NCBI GenBank assembly: GCA_024704765.1
Contig: JAKMXF010000302.1
Coordinates: 186,001-250,000, forward strand
DNA length: 64,000 nucleotides
Source: Oopsacas minuta
Taxonomy: Eukaryota; Animalia; Porifera
Direction: 5' to 3'
Each line of letters starts with the position of its first letter. Position 1 is the stretch's first letter. A program made the position numbers and the translations under genes. Positions 10,582-22,075 of the stretch are shown in pieces. Below the pieces are notes generated by a model that saw only the letters and a program-made list of their open reading frames with translations, was not told where the DNA came from and did no database searches.

Positions 10582-13054
10582 TTATACATCTTCAACAGTT
10601 TTTCTCTTATGCAGTTCATCTTCTAATTGAGAGCATTTCTTCTTCAAAACTTTTATAATTTCTTCCAACTCTTTACAACGTTCAACTTCAGCTTCTTGTG
10701 GTTTCATCCTTGGATTCCACTGAATATAGTAGTTGGTCCATAAGTCTAGTTTCCTTATGCTGGCTACAGGGTGCAGCACTCTCTGAGCCAATTGGGGTTG
10801 ATATAGGACATTAGTGTACAAGTTTTTCTGGCAGTTAATATAAGTCCAGAGCGATTCAGTGAAGTTCTGAACTGGATAAAATATAGTGCGTTCTCTCTCA
10901 CAATTGTAAAGAAAAGTAGCAAACAGACAGCTATACAAGTGTTGTAGGATTGTTAGTAGAAACTTCTCATTGAACTCAAAGTCAAAAGGGAATTGCATTA
11001 TCATCTAAAATAATATAATAATAATATTATTGTAGTACTTGTGAATTAGTTAATTATACCTGCCAAACACAATCAATAAACTGTAGGAAAATAGGAGATC
11101 TTTGCTCATCCAAATGATTCTTCTTCCCATGTCCTATCCTGTCATTAAACTTGTGTCCAAAGCTTAGCCATTCCTTCTGAATCAAAACTTCAAATCCCTC
11201 AATAGTCCTGTAGTATGGATCTAGTAGTAGCTGAGCTAGAGAGGTCAATTGAGCTGTACGGTCCCATCCATCTGAACAATGTACCAGCACAGTAGCAGCA
11301 TCTCTAATAGAGTATATAACTTAACAAGAATGACTCCATACAACGGATAATCCCCACTAACCTATCTACTGCTTGCACTATTTTATTCGTAGAATCTAAT
11401 ATGAGACGAATATATTCTAACCATCGAGTATCCTCCAGTTTAGTATACCAGTTTGTATTATCAACACCGTTGAAACACAACTCGTACAGTTTACGTTGAC
11501 TCTCACGCATAACATGTATGTTAGGAATATCTAAGAAGGTTATATGCATATTTTGGTAGTTATCATCTTGTTCATAGCCTCCTCCCTTCATAGTGTTAGC
11601 CTGCGCATTTACTTTAGGTCTAGCATCAAATATATATATCATATGTGTTTGAGGATTTGTACGCATTATGCTCTGTAGATACTGCTCATCATCTCTGTTC
11701 CTTCTGTTCAGACTTCCTGGCTATATGAAAGTCAATAATTACTTGGTATGACTAATGTGTTAATTAAGCTTACCAGAGGCTGGCTAGATCTACAGATACA
11801 GGCTCCATTGCTTTTTAGCCAGGATAACACAGGAATACGGTTTCTGCTCCTAAAAGCAGTAGTCAGTCTCAATGCTTCATCACTCACACTGGCAGGTACT
11901 ACTAAAGTCTTTGAATAAGTGTCACATAATTGATAGTTCTGATTAGCCTATTCAGATAACGATAAGTTATACGATACTATATGGATTTACCCTTAAAGTT
12001 ACTCACAGATGTAAATCTCCATTTCCCGTTTGCTATTTTAAGTCTTTGATAATCCTTCTCAATGTCAGCAAGAGCCCACCCATCATGGTACTTGCCCGGG
12101 TATGTAGGCTTGTATCTGAAAGCGAAGAATTGTCCAGGTGGGCTATTGAAAATGAATGCTAATTTGCAGATCATATTCACAATATCATTACGACTATATT
12201 CTGTAGTAAGCTTGAGAGCAAGTAGAATACTTCTAAAATCTTTACAATGAATCTCTAATCCATACGCGTACTCTCCTCTTGATCTCTTTCCTCCTACCTT
12301 TTCTACGTGATTAACACATCCCAGAGGAATCTACACACATTCAATTGCATAAATTTGAAGATAAATAAATACACACAAATTAATTACTTGTAAGTTTGTG
12401 GATTGATCTTGCTCATTACCCTTGAAGTATACTTTATAATCAGTTATATAGAAATAACCTGTTACCGGATTACCGAATGGGTTCATGTATACGACAGAAG
12501 CTTCATCTGTTTTGAAGTAAAGGACCTCTCCCTCTCTCATCGGTATGTTAGCTCTCGTTACAGATAATTTGTCTCTGCTGGTAAGCGAGGGTCTTAAAAT
12601 AGAAGAATGTTCTTGTTCATCAGTTGAGCTGAGAAGAGCATTTGATGGGAAAGATTGATCGGGGGCTGATAATGGTGTCAGTACAGACAGCTATGACATA
12701 AATATAATATAAACAATATTTTTAATATATAGTTTTTGAAACAATTACCTCTTGAGAAATCTCTTTATCTGTATCAGAAGTATCATCAAAATCATCACTC
12801 GTATAAGACAAGTGAGGACGATTGGAATTAACTATCAGCGTATCATCCACAGATACCTTCATTTTGGGAATATTATTGGTGGTAGTGGGGATGCTCTCTT
12901 TCCTCTCTTTAAGCTCTCTAGACTTTGCATATTCAAACAAGTCTTCTAGACTAAGTGAGCGTTGTTTGAAGGGTTTTTTATTTTCCACTTCTAAGAACCC
13001 TCTTCCTGACATTTTTCTATTTCTAGCAAGAAATGTTCGTAACACTTTAATCAT
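10582..13054 (-). CDS. MTMR2: Myotubularin-family PI3P/PI(3,5)P2 phosphatase (MTM1/MTMR1/MTMR2 clade), 7 exons
   Basis: Exons 13054-12749, 12690-12388, 12330-12007, 11947-11774, 11720-11362, 11303-11060 and 11004-10582 (all GT-AG, 2133 nt, 710 aa). PH-GRAM segment [14 protein letters not shown], catalytic [13 protein letters not shown] domain and C-terminal coiled coil. Confidence 0.92.
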
Positions 13055-13427
13055 TAGTATCAGATGTTATTTATTTTGTATATCCCTTTAATTTTGTAAG
13101 TATTTATACGTTTCGTACTACGTTCGCTAAACAACGATTACTATTGTGATTCAGATTGCTGTATAATGAAATATTGCATTGTGGGAAAACGGTGAATACA
13201 TCGGCCAAAAATAAGTGATTTGTTGCAAATTATAATTTAATAACTATGATATAATGTCAGCATAAAACACTGATAAATCAGAAATGACTATAAAGATTCG
13301 ACCTTAAATTCGCAAAGCATTTCTACTCATAATTTATACACAATATCACACTGATGCAATATTTATACTAATAATATGCAATACAACAGTAACAAATCAC
13401 AACAACAACAACAACTGTATGCATAGG

Positions 13428-16238
13428 TTAATTTGACCGATTAGCATCAAAATGTTCTCTAAGCTTCTCCTGTATTCTTTCAAACTCTCCTTTATAATCA
13501 GGACTCTTACAGATCATGGCTAGAGCTTGTTCATACTCCGCATTAGTAAAGTTGTATTCTTGCTCAGTAGCAAATGTTAGTAGTGCTTGAGGTGTAGATC
13601 GCATTAACTCGTAGAACTGTCTTGCATGATCTAACTCAGCCTCTCTTGACATAGTAATATTAGTTAGATTCTGTTGTAACAAGAATACAATAACTGACAT
13701 TCTTGTTATGCAGAAACCATCAACTCTTTGTAGTTTCTTACCGGTATTGATTAACACTGTAGCCATCAAATGTCCTATACCATCGAATAGAAACCTAAGT
13801 TTCATGTCAGATAGTTGTAATGCGAGTTGTTCCTCCAGAGAACACAGGTCTCTATTGAACTCCTTGATACCAACATCCTCTATAGCAGCTTCCTCTTCGT
13901 TAGTATTCCCAGCTCGCATAACAGCTGGAGGTAGATAGTGCAGACAATGCATACGAACCTCTAAATGCAGAGTAATCAGTATGTGATCAGATAGTTTAGA
14001 GATAGTAGAGTTAACCTCGTGTAGTTTAGCTATTTCGCTAGATTTTAGAGAGCTGTGTGCTTGTGCTACTTCAGTTAACAGATTCTTTATCTTGTTCGAG
14101 AACCATTCCATACTCTCATGTAATAATCCTAAATTTCTTATGTTTGCTACTGATGTTATGATTAAGTTCTTTTTGATTTCTAGAGAACCGATTTGATCCA
14201 ATACAATCCATGATTCCTGCTCCAGTGTAGTTTGGTCTGTATTTGACTGCGATATTGTTGTATTGTGTAGAGAAGACCACATGGGTAGTCTGATAATATG
14301 GTTCCTCATTTCTTCATTGTTAACAGCCCATGTATGACTTTGTGAGACACACGGTAATTCTCCGTTAACGCCATCTCCCCCCACGTGTGTTAGATCGTAG
14401 TATAAATGCTGTGCTGCCTTAGCATATGTCTCTAGAGCTCGTTGTCCGATCAGCAAGAGATCTTTAGCATAGTTAGGGAGATCAATGATTAGGAATTTCA
14501 ACTCTGATAGAGCATGTTCTATCCCTACACAACTCTTAAGCAATGGTTTATTCGATCTCCTTTCCTTATGCATTCCCCCGCTCTGTTCATCTTTAACCAC
14601 ACGCTGAGAGTCACTTGTTAGAAAATCAACCTTTTTCATGATTTCTTCTTTTATCTTCACAAGAAATTCATCTTCCACAAATGTAGATAGAAATACACCC
14701 AATTCATTACTCTTCTCTTGTTTTGTTTCAACTCTCATCTCTTCCAATTCAATATGCCTACAAATCTTCTCAAGAGGTTGGTATACGATAGTAATATTCC
14801 TGAACTGAGGAGTACACAAATGTTCTTGTAGAAATGTAGGCTGATGTCCCATGGTGCTATCATCCACCATACCCTCCAGTAAGGATGGGATAGCTCCTTT
14901 ACTCTCCCGCATGTATGACATAATACTGATTGAGTGAGTGGAATTGTATAAATGGAACAAACTTTGTCTAGGGTGGATATTCTTTTTGGAAAAGAAACTG
15001 TTGATATCACGTGACTCCACATCCACTGCTGTGAGTGTAGAGCTATTTTGTCCAGTAGAAGTGTCCAGGTAATCTTGTAACATTCTCATGATAACACGCT
15101 GTATATCATTCCACACATTCACTATACTGTAGAGATAGAGATTGTCAATTTTCATTTTCTTCTCAAAGATAGAAAGTCGTTTCAACACAATCTGGTGAGC
15201 TCTAGCTACAGACTTGTATTTCATGAAAGCTGTATCTAACAGCATTTTGAGTAGGCTTTGTTGGTTTTGGTCTGGAGAGAGTTCTCCACTTTTCTCAGCT
15301 CTCTCCCTCACTTCAGTACTACTCCTTTGTATAATAAGTTTCATTTCTCCTAACATTCTTGACTTCAATGCCTCCAATGCATTTGGTATAGCATCTAGGA
15401 TGTATAATGCTTCTACTAGAATAGCCATATAGTTAGGCAGGTCTGCTTCCGGATTGAGATTATTCACATCTTCTATAATCTCTATACACTCCTTCTCTAC
15501 GGGTTTGGGGATGAGATTAGCCATGCTTATTTGATGTTCTAACATTACTGCTGTCTGAGAGCGTGACCGTGAGTGTGACTTTAGAGATTGTTGTTTCATT
15601 GGAGAAATGGCAGATGGTAGAGTACTTAACTTATCGTGTTTGGGAGTTAGCTCATCTTCAGTGAATGTCTGTGGAGCTTTGAAGTAAATACAACCGTGTA
15701 ACTCGTCGATCAGCTGACTCTTCAGAGTTTCCTTTCGTGTTGCTATATCGTTTCTAAGATCCTTCAGAGCCTCTACGCCTTCTAACCTATCTCCTAGAAT
15801 AACGATTGACTCTACTAGACTCTCTGCTGCAGTCTTGAAATGCTTCGTTCTACAGAGTGCATCAAGTTTATCAGGAATAGCTTTCATACGCTCAACTTCT
15901 TCCAGGAGTTCAATCACTTTTTTCTGTTCCATCTGCTCTTTCCACAAGCGCTGTAGATCGTCTCTTTTACATCGGAGGAGGATTTTACAATCCCTTAGGT
16001 TATTACGTAGTGTCGCTACTTTCACTTGTGATACTCTTACCTTTTCATCAACACTATTGAATGTTTCTAACACAGAACGTAATTTGTCAAAGTTCTCTGT
16101 TACTCTCCCTTGAAGTTCTAAGTCAGTCTCACGTAGTTGTCTCTCAAGCTTTACTTGTTCATCTCTTCTATCTTCTTCATCATTGATTAGAATAAGTCGT
16201 CTTATTGCGTTGAGCAAGACAGACTGTTGAGAGGCCAT
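13428..16238 (-). CDS. EXOC4: Exocyst complex component 4 (Sec8)
   Basis: N-terminal Sec8 coiled coil (LLRCKRDDLQRLW), LHLEVRMHCLHYL, FLFDGIGHL and ELDHARQFYEL; intronless, 936 aa. Confidence 0.95.
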   Translation of the reverse strand: MASQQSVLLNAIRRLILINDEEDRRDEQVKLERQLRETDLELQGRVTENFDKLRSVLETFNSVDEKVRVSQVKVATLRNNLRDCKILLRCKRDDLQRLWKEQMEQKKVIELLEEVERMKAIPDKLDALCRTKHFKTAAESLVESIVILGDRLEGVEALKDLRNDIATRKETLKSQLIDELHGCIYFKAPQTFTEDELTPKHDKLSTLPSAISPMKQQSLKSHSRSRSQTAVMLEHQISMANLIPKPVEKECIEIIEDVNNLNPEADLPNYMAILVEALYILDAIPNALEALKSRMLGEMKLIIQRSSTEVRERAEKSGELSPDQNQQSLLKMLLDTAFMKYKSVARAHQIVLKRLSIFEKKMKIDNLYLYSIVNVWNDIQRVIMRMLQDYLDTSTGQNSSTLTAVDVESRDINSFFSKKNIHPRQSLFHLYNSTHSISIMSYMRESKGAIPSLLEGMVDDSTMGHQPTFLQEHLCTPQFRNITIVYQPLEKICRHIELEEMRVETKQEKSNELGVFLSTFVEDEFLVKIKEEIMKKVDFLTSDSQRVVKDEQSGGMHKERRSNKPLLKSCVGIEHALSELKFLIIDLPNYAKDLLLIGQRALETYAKAAQHLYYDLTHVGGDGVNGELPCVSQSHTWAVNNEEMRNHIIRLPMWSSLHNTTISQSNTDQTTLEQESWIVLDQIGSLEIKKNLIITSVANIRNLGLLHESMEWFSNKIKNLLTEVAQAHSSLKSSEIAKLHEVNSTISKLSDHILITLHLEVRMHCLHYLPPAVMRAGNTNEEEAAIEDVGIKEFNRDLCSLEEQLALQLSDMKLRFLFDGIGHLMATVLINTGKKLQRVDGFCITRMSVIVFLLQQNLTNITMSREAELDHARQFYELMRSTPQALLTFATEQEYNFTNAEYEQALAMICKSPDYKGEFERIQEKLREHFDANRSN

Positions 16239-17025
16239 TGGCTAAATAATTACTAGAAGTACACAAGATTTGTGTGATATAGATACTCAACGTCTATGAG
16301 TATTAACTTTATTGCCCTCTCCCTATTGTCTAAGAATTAGAATATATACAATTCGTGACATGGTAAAACTCGTTTTACCTAACAATAATTCTATTTCGCC
16401 TAATGTATGTATCCCGTGGACTGTATCCTATAAGAAGAAGAATATTTGTAGCTCAAAATTTGAGTTTTTTATTGAAATATAAGAATTATAATTATAAGAA
16501 ATAGGCCAGCTCTTATGTTGCTAGGGTAAGTGATTCAGGATTGTCCATAGCTCTATAATAGATTTAGAGGGTAATTCGGTGGGCGGGTGATCATATAAAG
16601 TGTAGACTCGGCCCAGAGTTCAGTCAGATATTAGGGAGAAGCATACAAACTAGAGTCTCATCCCACCCATGAGAAAGACGTCTCTGAAATTCTATCAGAT
16701 ATCGCTTAAAATCTGTGAGTTAGAAATGAGTTGAGGGTGATTTCAGTTTGGGGTGAGGGAGCCTCCTGATACTAGTCACTATCGTTGTTCATCTCATCTC
16801 ATGTTTATCTATACACTTACTTGGTTCAGAATCTGTTCTAATTGGAGGGACTCCAATCACTCCATCCCTATTATTGGACAATTGATATTGTGTGTGCAGG
16901 GGTGAGGCCAAGCACTTCTTCCTAATAGTGCATCCATTTTGAGTTCACTTGCGTATGGTGCCCAGTACATATATAAAATAGATTTACTTTACTACTATTT
17001 GTTATTTGAATATTCGTAAGAGATT

Positions 17026-18564
17026 ATGGACTTGGAATTTGCATCAAAAATTATAACATTATATGGAATATACCTTGTTTTGCCATTGTTGCTCTGCGTA
17101 ATATGTTTTACGTTCGTTCCCCGTGTATATTCGTTCTGGAAATACGTGAAGATTATTCAAAAGATACCTGGACCATATCTTCATCCACTCTGGGGTACAA
17201 TGGATAGGTATCCGCCCACCGAAGAAGGGTTGAAAAATTGGGGTCAATACATGGCAAACCATCCAGAACAAAAGGTTACGTTGTTACGAATTGGCACTCT
17301 CATGTATTTTATAGTTATCGTTCATCCAGATGAGATCGCTAAGTTGTTATGCATGAAACCATCAGTATTACCGAAGGATGATTTCATGTATGGAGTTGTG
17401 AAGGCATATCTTGGAGATGGACTGCTTATATCTAATTTTGACAAGTGGCAAACTAGAAGACGGATGCTAACAAAAGGTTTCCATTATGACATCCTCAAAC
17501 CATATGTCCTGCTGTACAATGAAGTAGTTGAAGTATTTCTAAGCAAGTGCGAGGGAAAGCTTAAAAATGGAGAGACAGTTATATCTGTGTTCGAGAATAT
17601 AACTGTAATGACCTTAGATGTTATGCTTCAATGCGCATGTTCCTATAAAAGTGGTTGTCAACTCGAGCAGACGGAAGATAGATACATAAACGCCGTAAAA
17701 GACAATGTAGATTTAGCTTTGAAACAGGTAACATTATTTCCTTATATAATTAAGCCAATTTTCTACCTTTCTCCTCACGGTTTTGCATGGAGGAAGAATT
17801 GTAGAATCGTTAAAGAACAAACATTGAAAATTGTACAATCCAGAAGGGAATCTCTTGTAGAAAACCCGAATTTAGTTGCAAACAAACCCAACAAAGATTT
17901 TATTGACATTCTCTTAACATCTAAAGATTCTTCTGGGAACGGATTAGCTGATGAAGGAATTGTGGAAGAAATGACGACATTTCTTTTCGAAGGTCATGAC
18001 ACCACAGCCTCTGCAATATCATGGACTCTCCATTTATTGGGTGCGCACGCTAAATACCAAGCAATGTGCAGAGAAGAAGTACGAAGAGTTCTCAATGGTC
18101 GTAATTCAGATACCATCCAATGGGAGGATTTATCTAATCTAACCTTTCTAACAATGTGCATCAAAGAGTCCATGAGACTTTTCACGCCTGTTAACGATAT
18201 CTACAGGATGGCACATGAGGATATGCACATGAATGGGTATTTCATACCCAAAGGTTCAAGATTCCTTCTATCAATAGGAGGTCTACATCGTAACCCGAAT
18301 GTATGGGAAAATCCATTAGAATATAATCCAATGCGTTTTGATTGTGAATTACCAGGCGGACATCCTTTTGCTTTTATACCATTTTCTGCAGGGCATAGGA
18401 ATTGTATTGGACAGAAATTCGCATTCAATGAATTACTGGTTGCTATAGGAAGGATTATCAACAAATTCGAGATCGAATCATTAACGAAAGAACCGAGGAG
18501 AGTGATACCAATAATTGTCAAACCTGAAGAAGATCTGAAAATACGTTTGAAATTATCAGAATAA
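17026..18564 (+). CDS. Cytochrome P450, clan 4 (CYP4-like)
   Basis: N-terminal TM anchor and proline hinge, WQTRRRML, I-helix FEGHDTT, ESMRL (ExxR), PMRF and heme motif FSAGHRNCIG. Confidence 0.95.
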   Translation: MDLEFASKIITLYGIYLVLPLLLCVICFTFVPRVYSFWKYVKIIQKIPGPYLHPLWGTMDRYPPTEEGLKNWGQYMANHPEQKVTLLRIGTLMYFIVIVHPDEIAKLLCMKPSVLPKDDFMYGVVKAYLGDGLLISNFDKWQTRRRMLTKGFHYDILKPYVLLYNEVVEVFLSKCEGKLKNGETVISVFENITVMTLDVMLQCACSYKSGCQLEQTEDRYINAVKDNVDLALKQVTLFPYIIKPIFYLSPHGFAWRKNCRIVKEQTLKIVQSRRESLVENPNLVANKPNKDFIDILLTSKDSSGNGLADEGIVEEMTTFLFEGHDTTASAISWTLHLLGAHAKYQAMCREEVRRVLNGRNSDTIQWEDLSNLTFLTMCIKESMRLFTPVNDIYRMAHEDMHMNGYFIPKGSRFLLSIGGLHRNPNVWENPLEYNPMRFDCELPGGHPFAFIPFSAGHRNCIGQKFAFNELLVAIGRIINKFEIESLTKEPRRVIPIIVKPEEDLKIRLKLSE

Positions 18565-19052
18565 ATATTGTTTTACAAATACTTTATTTTGAGTTGTGTT
18601 AGCTTGTGTACTTGTTTATCTATCTTTAGATTAATTTTCAACAAGTTTTACAAATCGTGAATTGTATGCAATTTACAATTCAGTGTTTTGTTTCCAATAA
18701 TAAATATGCTGTTAACTAACCCCCTGTTGATTATAAGAAACGTATACTCAATAGTCTTACTATGAACAATTTATGTGTATTGTCTAGTGGACAGATACAC
18801 CAATATTTAGGATATTTGTACCATTGTATGATTATACAGTGATCTGCGTGCAACCCTATTATGATGATTTGTAATAGGAGAAACCTCTGTCTGTTACGTG
18901 AATTAATTAAAAGCAACGAGCTATTACGATATCCTTGTGTCATGCAAGATAATGTCAAATCTACTCATAGGCATAAAGCCGTAAACTGACTCAATATATA
19001 AATGGCACGAATGATCTGGAAATACAACTCTTTTATAGATTCCACTTGAATC

Positions 19053-19688
19053 ATGACACATACACCTATCCAGAAGTACAGATTCTTCTCCCTAGTTTGG
19101 AATTTCATCTACATATTCTACGCGATAGTACACATTCCCATTCTAGCTCTTTCGCTCCATTTCGCTCCCTTGATACACCTAAATAGCCAGTTAATTGAAA
19201 ACTTTCCGATAATAATCGCGTTTCCCCTTACAAATGTTGCTATTATTCTAGTACTATGTGCCCTATGCGTTGTTGGGTTGATATTTTCAACTAAAATACG
19301 ATGCTGTATGTGTAGAATCGCTTCAATCGTAATCTTGTGCATTCACGCTTCCCTAAACATTATCCTTATCCTTATCCGTGGTGCCATTATTGGATTCTGC
19401 ATTTTCAGCATTCACCACCTTGCTAAGAGTGCGCAAGAACTGCCAACAGACAGCCCCACTGAATTAACTACAGAACCCTCGGTAACTGATTCATACACCT
19501 GTCAGCTGGTTTCAATTATTATAGCTCTATTCCTCATGATCCTGTCTTCTATAACTGAGATAATCCAAGTTATATTCTCATCTCTTGTCCTCCACCAAAT
19601 ATGTATAGAAGATAGAAAGCAGAGATGCTGTAGAATACAAATGAAAGGAGATTACCTCAAAATGGACACAACCGGTGAAGCTTTGTAG
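19053..19688 (+). CDS. Uncharacterised four-transmembrane protein
   Basis: Four hydrophobic stretches, Cys clusters, and a Pro/Thr/Ser-rich loop between TM3 and TM4; no family recognised. Confidence 0.6.
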   Translation: MTHTPIQKYRFFSLVWNFIYIFYAIVHIPILALSLHFAPLIHLNSQLIENFPIIIAFPLTNVAIILVLCALCVVGLIFSTKIRCCMCRIASIVILCIHASLNIILILIRGAIIGFCIFSIHHLAKSAQELPTDSPTELTTEPSVTDSYTCQLVSIIIALFLMILSSITEIIQVIFSSLVLHQICIEDRKQRCCRIQMKGDYLKMDTTGEAL

Positions 19689-19991
19689 TTCAACACTACT
19701 GCAACCGCTATTATTTTACTGGTTATAGTTTATTTTAGCATTTACTTCCTGTTTTAAAGTTGTTGTTTATTATTTGTTGAACTTTGAACAAGTTGTGTAG
19801 ATTCTCATTTGTAAAAGTAAATAAATTAAAGTTAACACCTTGGAATTAATTACACTTTTATCCAATTATCATACAAATTTTGTAACTTTCTATGTAATTT
19901 ACCAAATATTCTACTAATTAGCATTGTTTATGCAACTTCTTTGATCCTCCGAGAGGGTCATTTATTCCTCATATGTTAAAACTGTAATCAC

Positions 19992-21626
19992 ATGGAACAA
20001 AAGGAAATCATTCAAAAAGACTGCCCAGAAAACATAGACTTCTCCCAGGCCTTGAAAAACAAATCCCTAGCTCGTAGGAAACAATATGAACAGCTAGTTA
20101 CGCTCATATCTAGCTCTAAATCAGACAGAGATGCATTCGGTACCTTCATTACTAATGCTATTGAGAATATTTCATTGTTAACTCCACAAGCTGGCACTCT
20201 AATTCAGACCTTATTGGAACTACCATGGAGTGAGAAATGCGATGAAATAAGCGAGAAGTTCATTGAGTTTATTTCCCAATTGATTACTCATCAAATCCAC
20301 TCTCTACGAATCTGTATTATAATGGTCATGAAAATGTTTACACACTTTGACCTCGACAATTCTTCGTCCTATATGGAGAATATTCGCGAAAATTCTCACA
20401 ATGCTCTCCAAACAATTTTCACACTTGTCCCTACAAGTCCCTGTCTGTTCATAGAAGTTATCGAATCAGAATATCCTTACAAAGGTAAATCTACGTCAAT
20501 TCACGAGTCACTCTTAACAAACCTATTACAAGTAGCTAACACATATCCTCCACTAGAACAAGAAATAGTACAAATTATAACTAACAATCTTATTAAAATG
20601 GATGCTGAAACACCCAGAAAAGAGTTGGAAGAAATTTCGCAGGATTTAGATACACTTCACGAATGTGTAGATTTAGATCCAATTCTACATAAAACTCATC
20701 AATACGCAATAAAAGTTGACAAGCTAGTATCTCTTATACTCAAGAACATTAAAACATATGTATTTAGAAGAAGTAATAGCAAATCTGATAAACTATCCAA
20801 ATCTCGTCTCAGGAGAATATACCCTACCTATCTGTCAACTTTCATACACGTCATTCTACCTACCCACGGGGCTTCTCACATACAATCTATTATTCTATAT
20901 CTCTCTAGCCTAGATTTAGAGCTCAGTATTACATTTATTGATTCGTTATGGACTCAGGTTACTTGTTTAGAATCTCCTCCTGTTGTGAGAGAGTCAGCTT
21001 GCTGCTATCTAGCTAGCTACATTTCACGCGCAAAATTCCTCACTTCACAAATTGTGGTGGACACAATGCTAACAATCTCACAATGGCTACACAAATATAT
21101 AGATAAAACAGCTGGTATATCTACATGTCCTGACGTCATAGCTCATGGTACATTCTACTCCCTAGCTCAAGCTCTATTCTACATTTTTGTATTCAGACAT
21201 AAACTATTATTCGATCTCCCTAACGGAATAGAATTCATAAACTCTTTAACGTTACAGAATATTATATTCTCTAAGTTAAATCCTCTTAAAGTTTGTCTAT
21301 CTACCATAACTGACATGTTTGCTGGTATCTGCAAACACTACCAGATTCTGTTCTGTTACACTCTGATAGAGCAGAACAAACGGCTATATCTACCACAGAC
21401 ATTGAGTGCACTGGCTGAGACCAGTGATAACTATCTTCTCTCATTCTTCCCATTCGATCCCTTTCTTCTCCCCTCTATTTCAAACAGTTTAAACCCCCTC
21501 CTCTTCTCATGGACAGAAGTAGAACCGGCCTACATGAGGCTGGAGGAGCTAGCGACTCAGGCCGAGGAGTCAGTATTAGATATGGACTTTGACTTTAGCA
21601 CAGACGAAACCTTGGATTACATGTAA
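19992..21626 (+). CDS. RRN3: RNA polymerase I transcription initiation factor RRN3 (TIF-IA)
   Basis: ILPTHGASHIQ, YLASYISRAKFL, HGTFYSLAQALFYIFVFRH, SKLNPLKVC and FFPFDPFLL. Confidence 0.95.
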   Translation: MEQKEIIQKDCPENIDFSQALKNKSLARRKQYEQLVTLISSSKSDRDAFGTFITNAIENISLLTPQAGTLIQTLLELPWSEKCDEISEKFIEFISQLITHQIHSLRICIIMVMKMFTHFDLDNSSSYMENIRENSHNALQTIFTLVPTSPCLFIEVIESEYPYKGKSTSIHESLLTNLLQVANTYPPLEQEIVQIITNNLIKMDAETPRKELEEISQDLDTLHECVDLDPILHKTHQYAIKVDKLVSLILKNIKTYVFRRSNSKSDKLSKSRLRRIYPTYLSTFIHVILPTHGASHIQSIILYLSSLDLELSITFIDSLWTQVTCLESPPVVRESACCYLASYISRAKFLTSQIVVDTMLTISQWLHKYIDKTAGISTCPDVIAHGTFYSLAQALFYIFVFRHKLLFDLPNGIEFINSLTLQNIIFSKLNPLKVCLSTITDMFAGICKHYQILFCYTLIEQNKRLYLPQTLSALAETSDNYLLSFFPFDPFLLPSISNSLNPLLFSWTEVEPAYMRLEELATQAEESVLDMDFDFSTDETLDYM

Positions 21627-22075
21627 CATTAGTCCATAGGTTTACCTGTTAGCTTATTAGATAGAAACATGCAACTTGATACCGTTATGCTATTTACAAG
21701 GTGTGTCCTGTTTTACAAATAACTTTCCTAGTGGTATATGAAGAGGAGTGTGTCAGGGAAAAATGTCAAGAATAAAACTGTAGTCATTAGGAAAAATTAT
21801 TCTCTGCTTCTTTAATCATTGAATCATTTGGTTGTTGAGTTTAGGAAATTGTTTGTTTTTGATATCTGTCATAATTATTGATACAATTCTAAATTTACAT
21901 TACATGACGTAATGTTTACGAATGTTCGAAGTGATCTTGTTTACAATTAAGTACAAGGTACACTCTCACATAGGGTTGGTAATAGGTACACGCAGCACTG
22001 AATTTGCATATATACTCGAATATAACAATACGATTCAGAATATAGATTACATTATTGACTATTTGAGGTATCCTT

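Noticed and set aside
13385-13415. Short (AAC)n tract, and (ATT)n at about 43645-43670
   Set aside because: Ordinary short microsatellites in AT-rich spacers; no array structure, and no CRISPR-like repeat-spacer pattern anywhere in the window.
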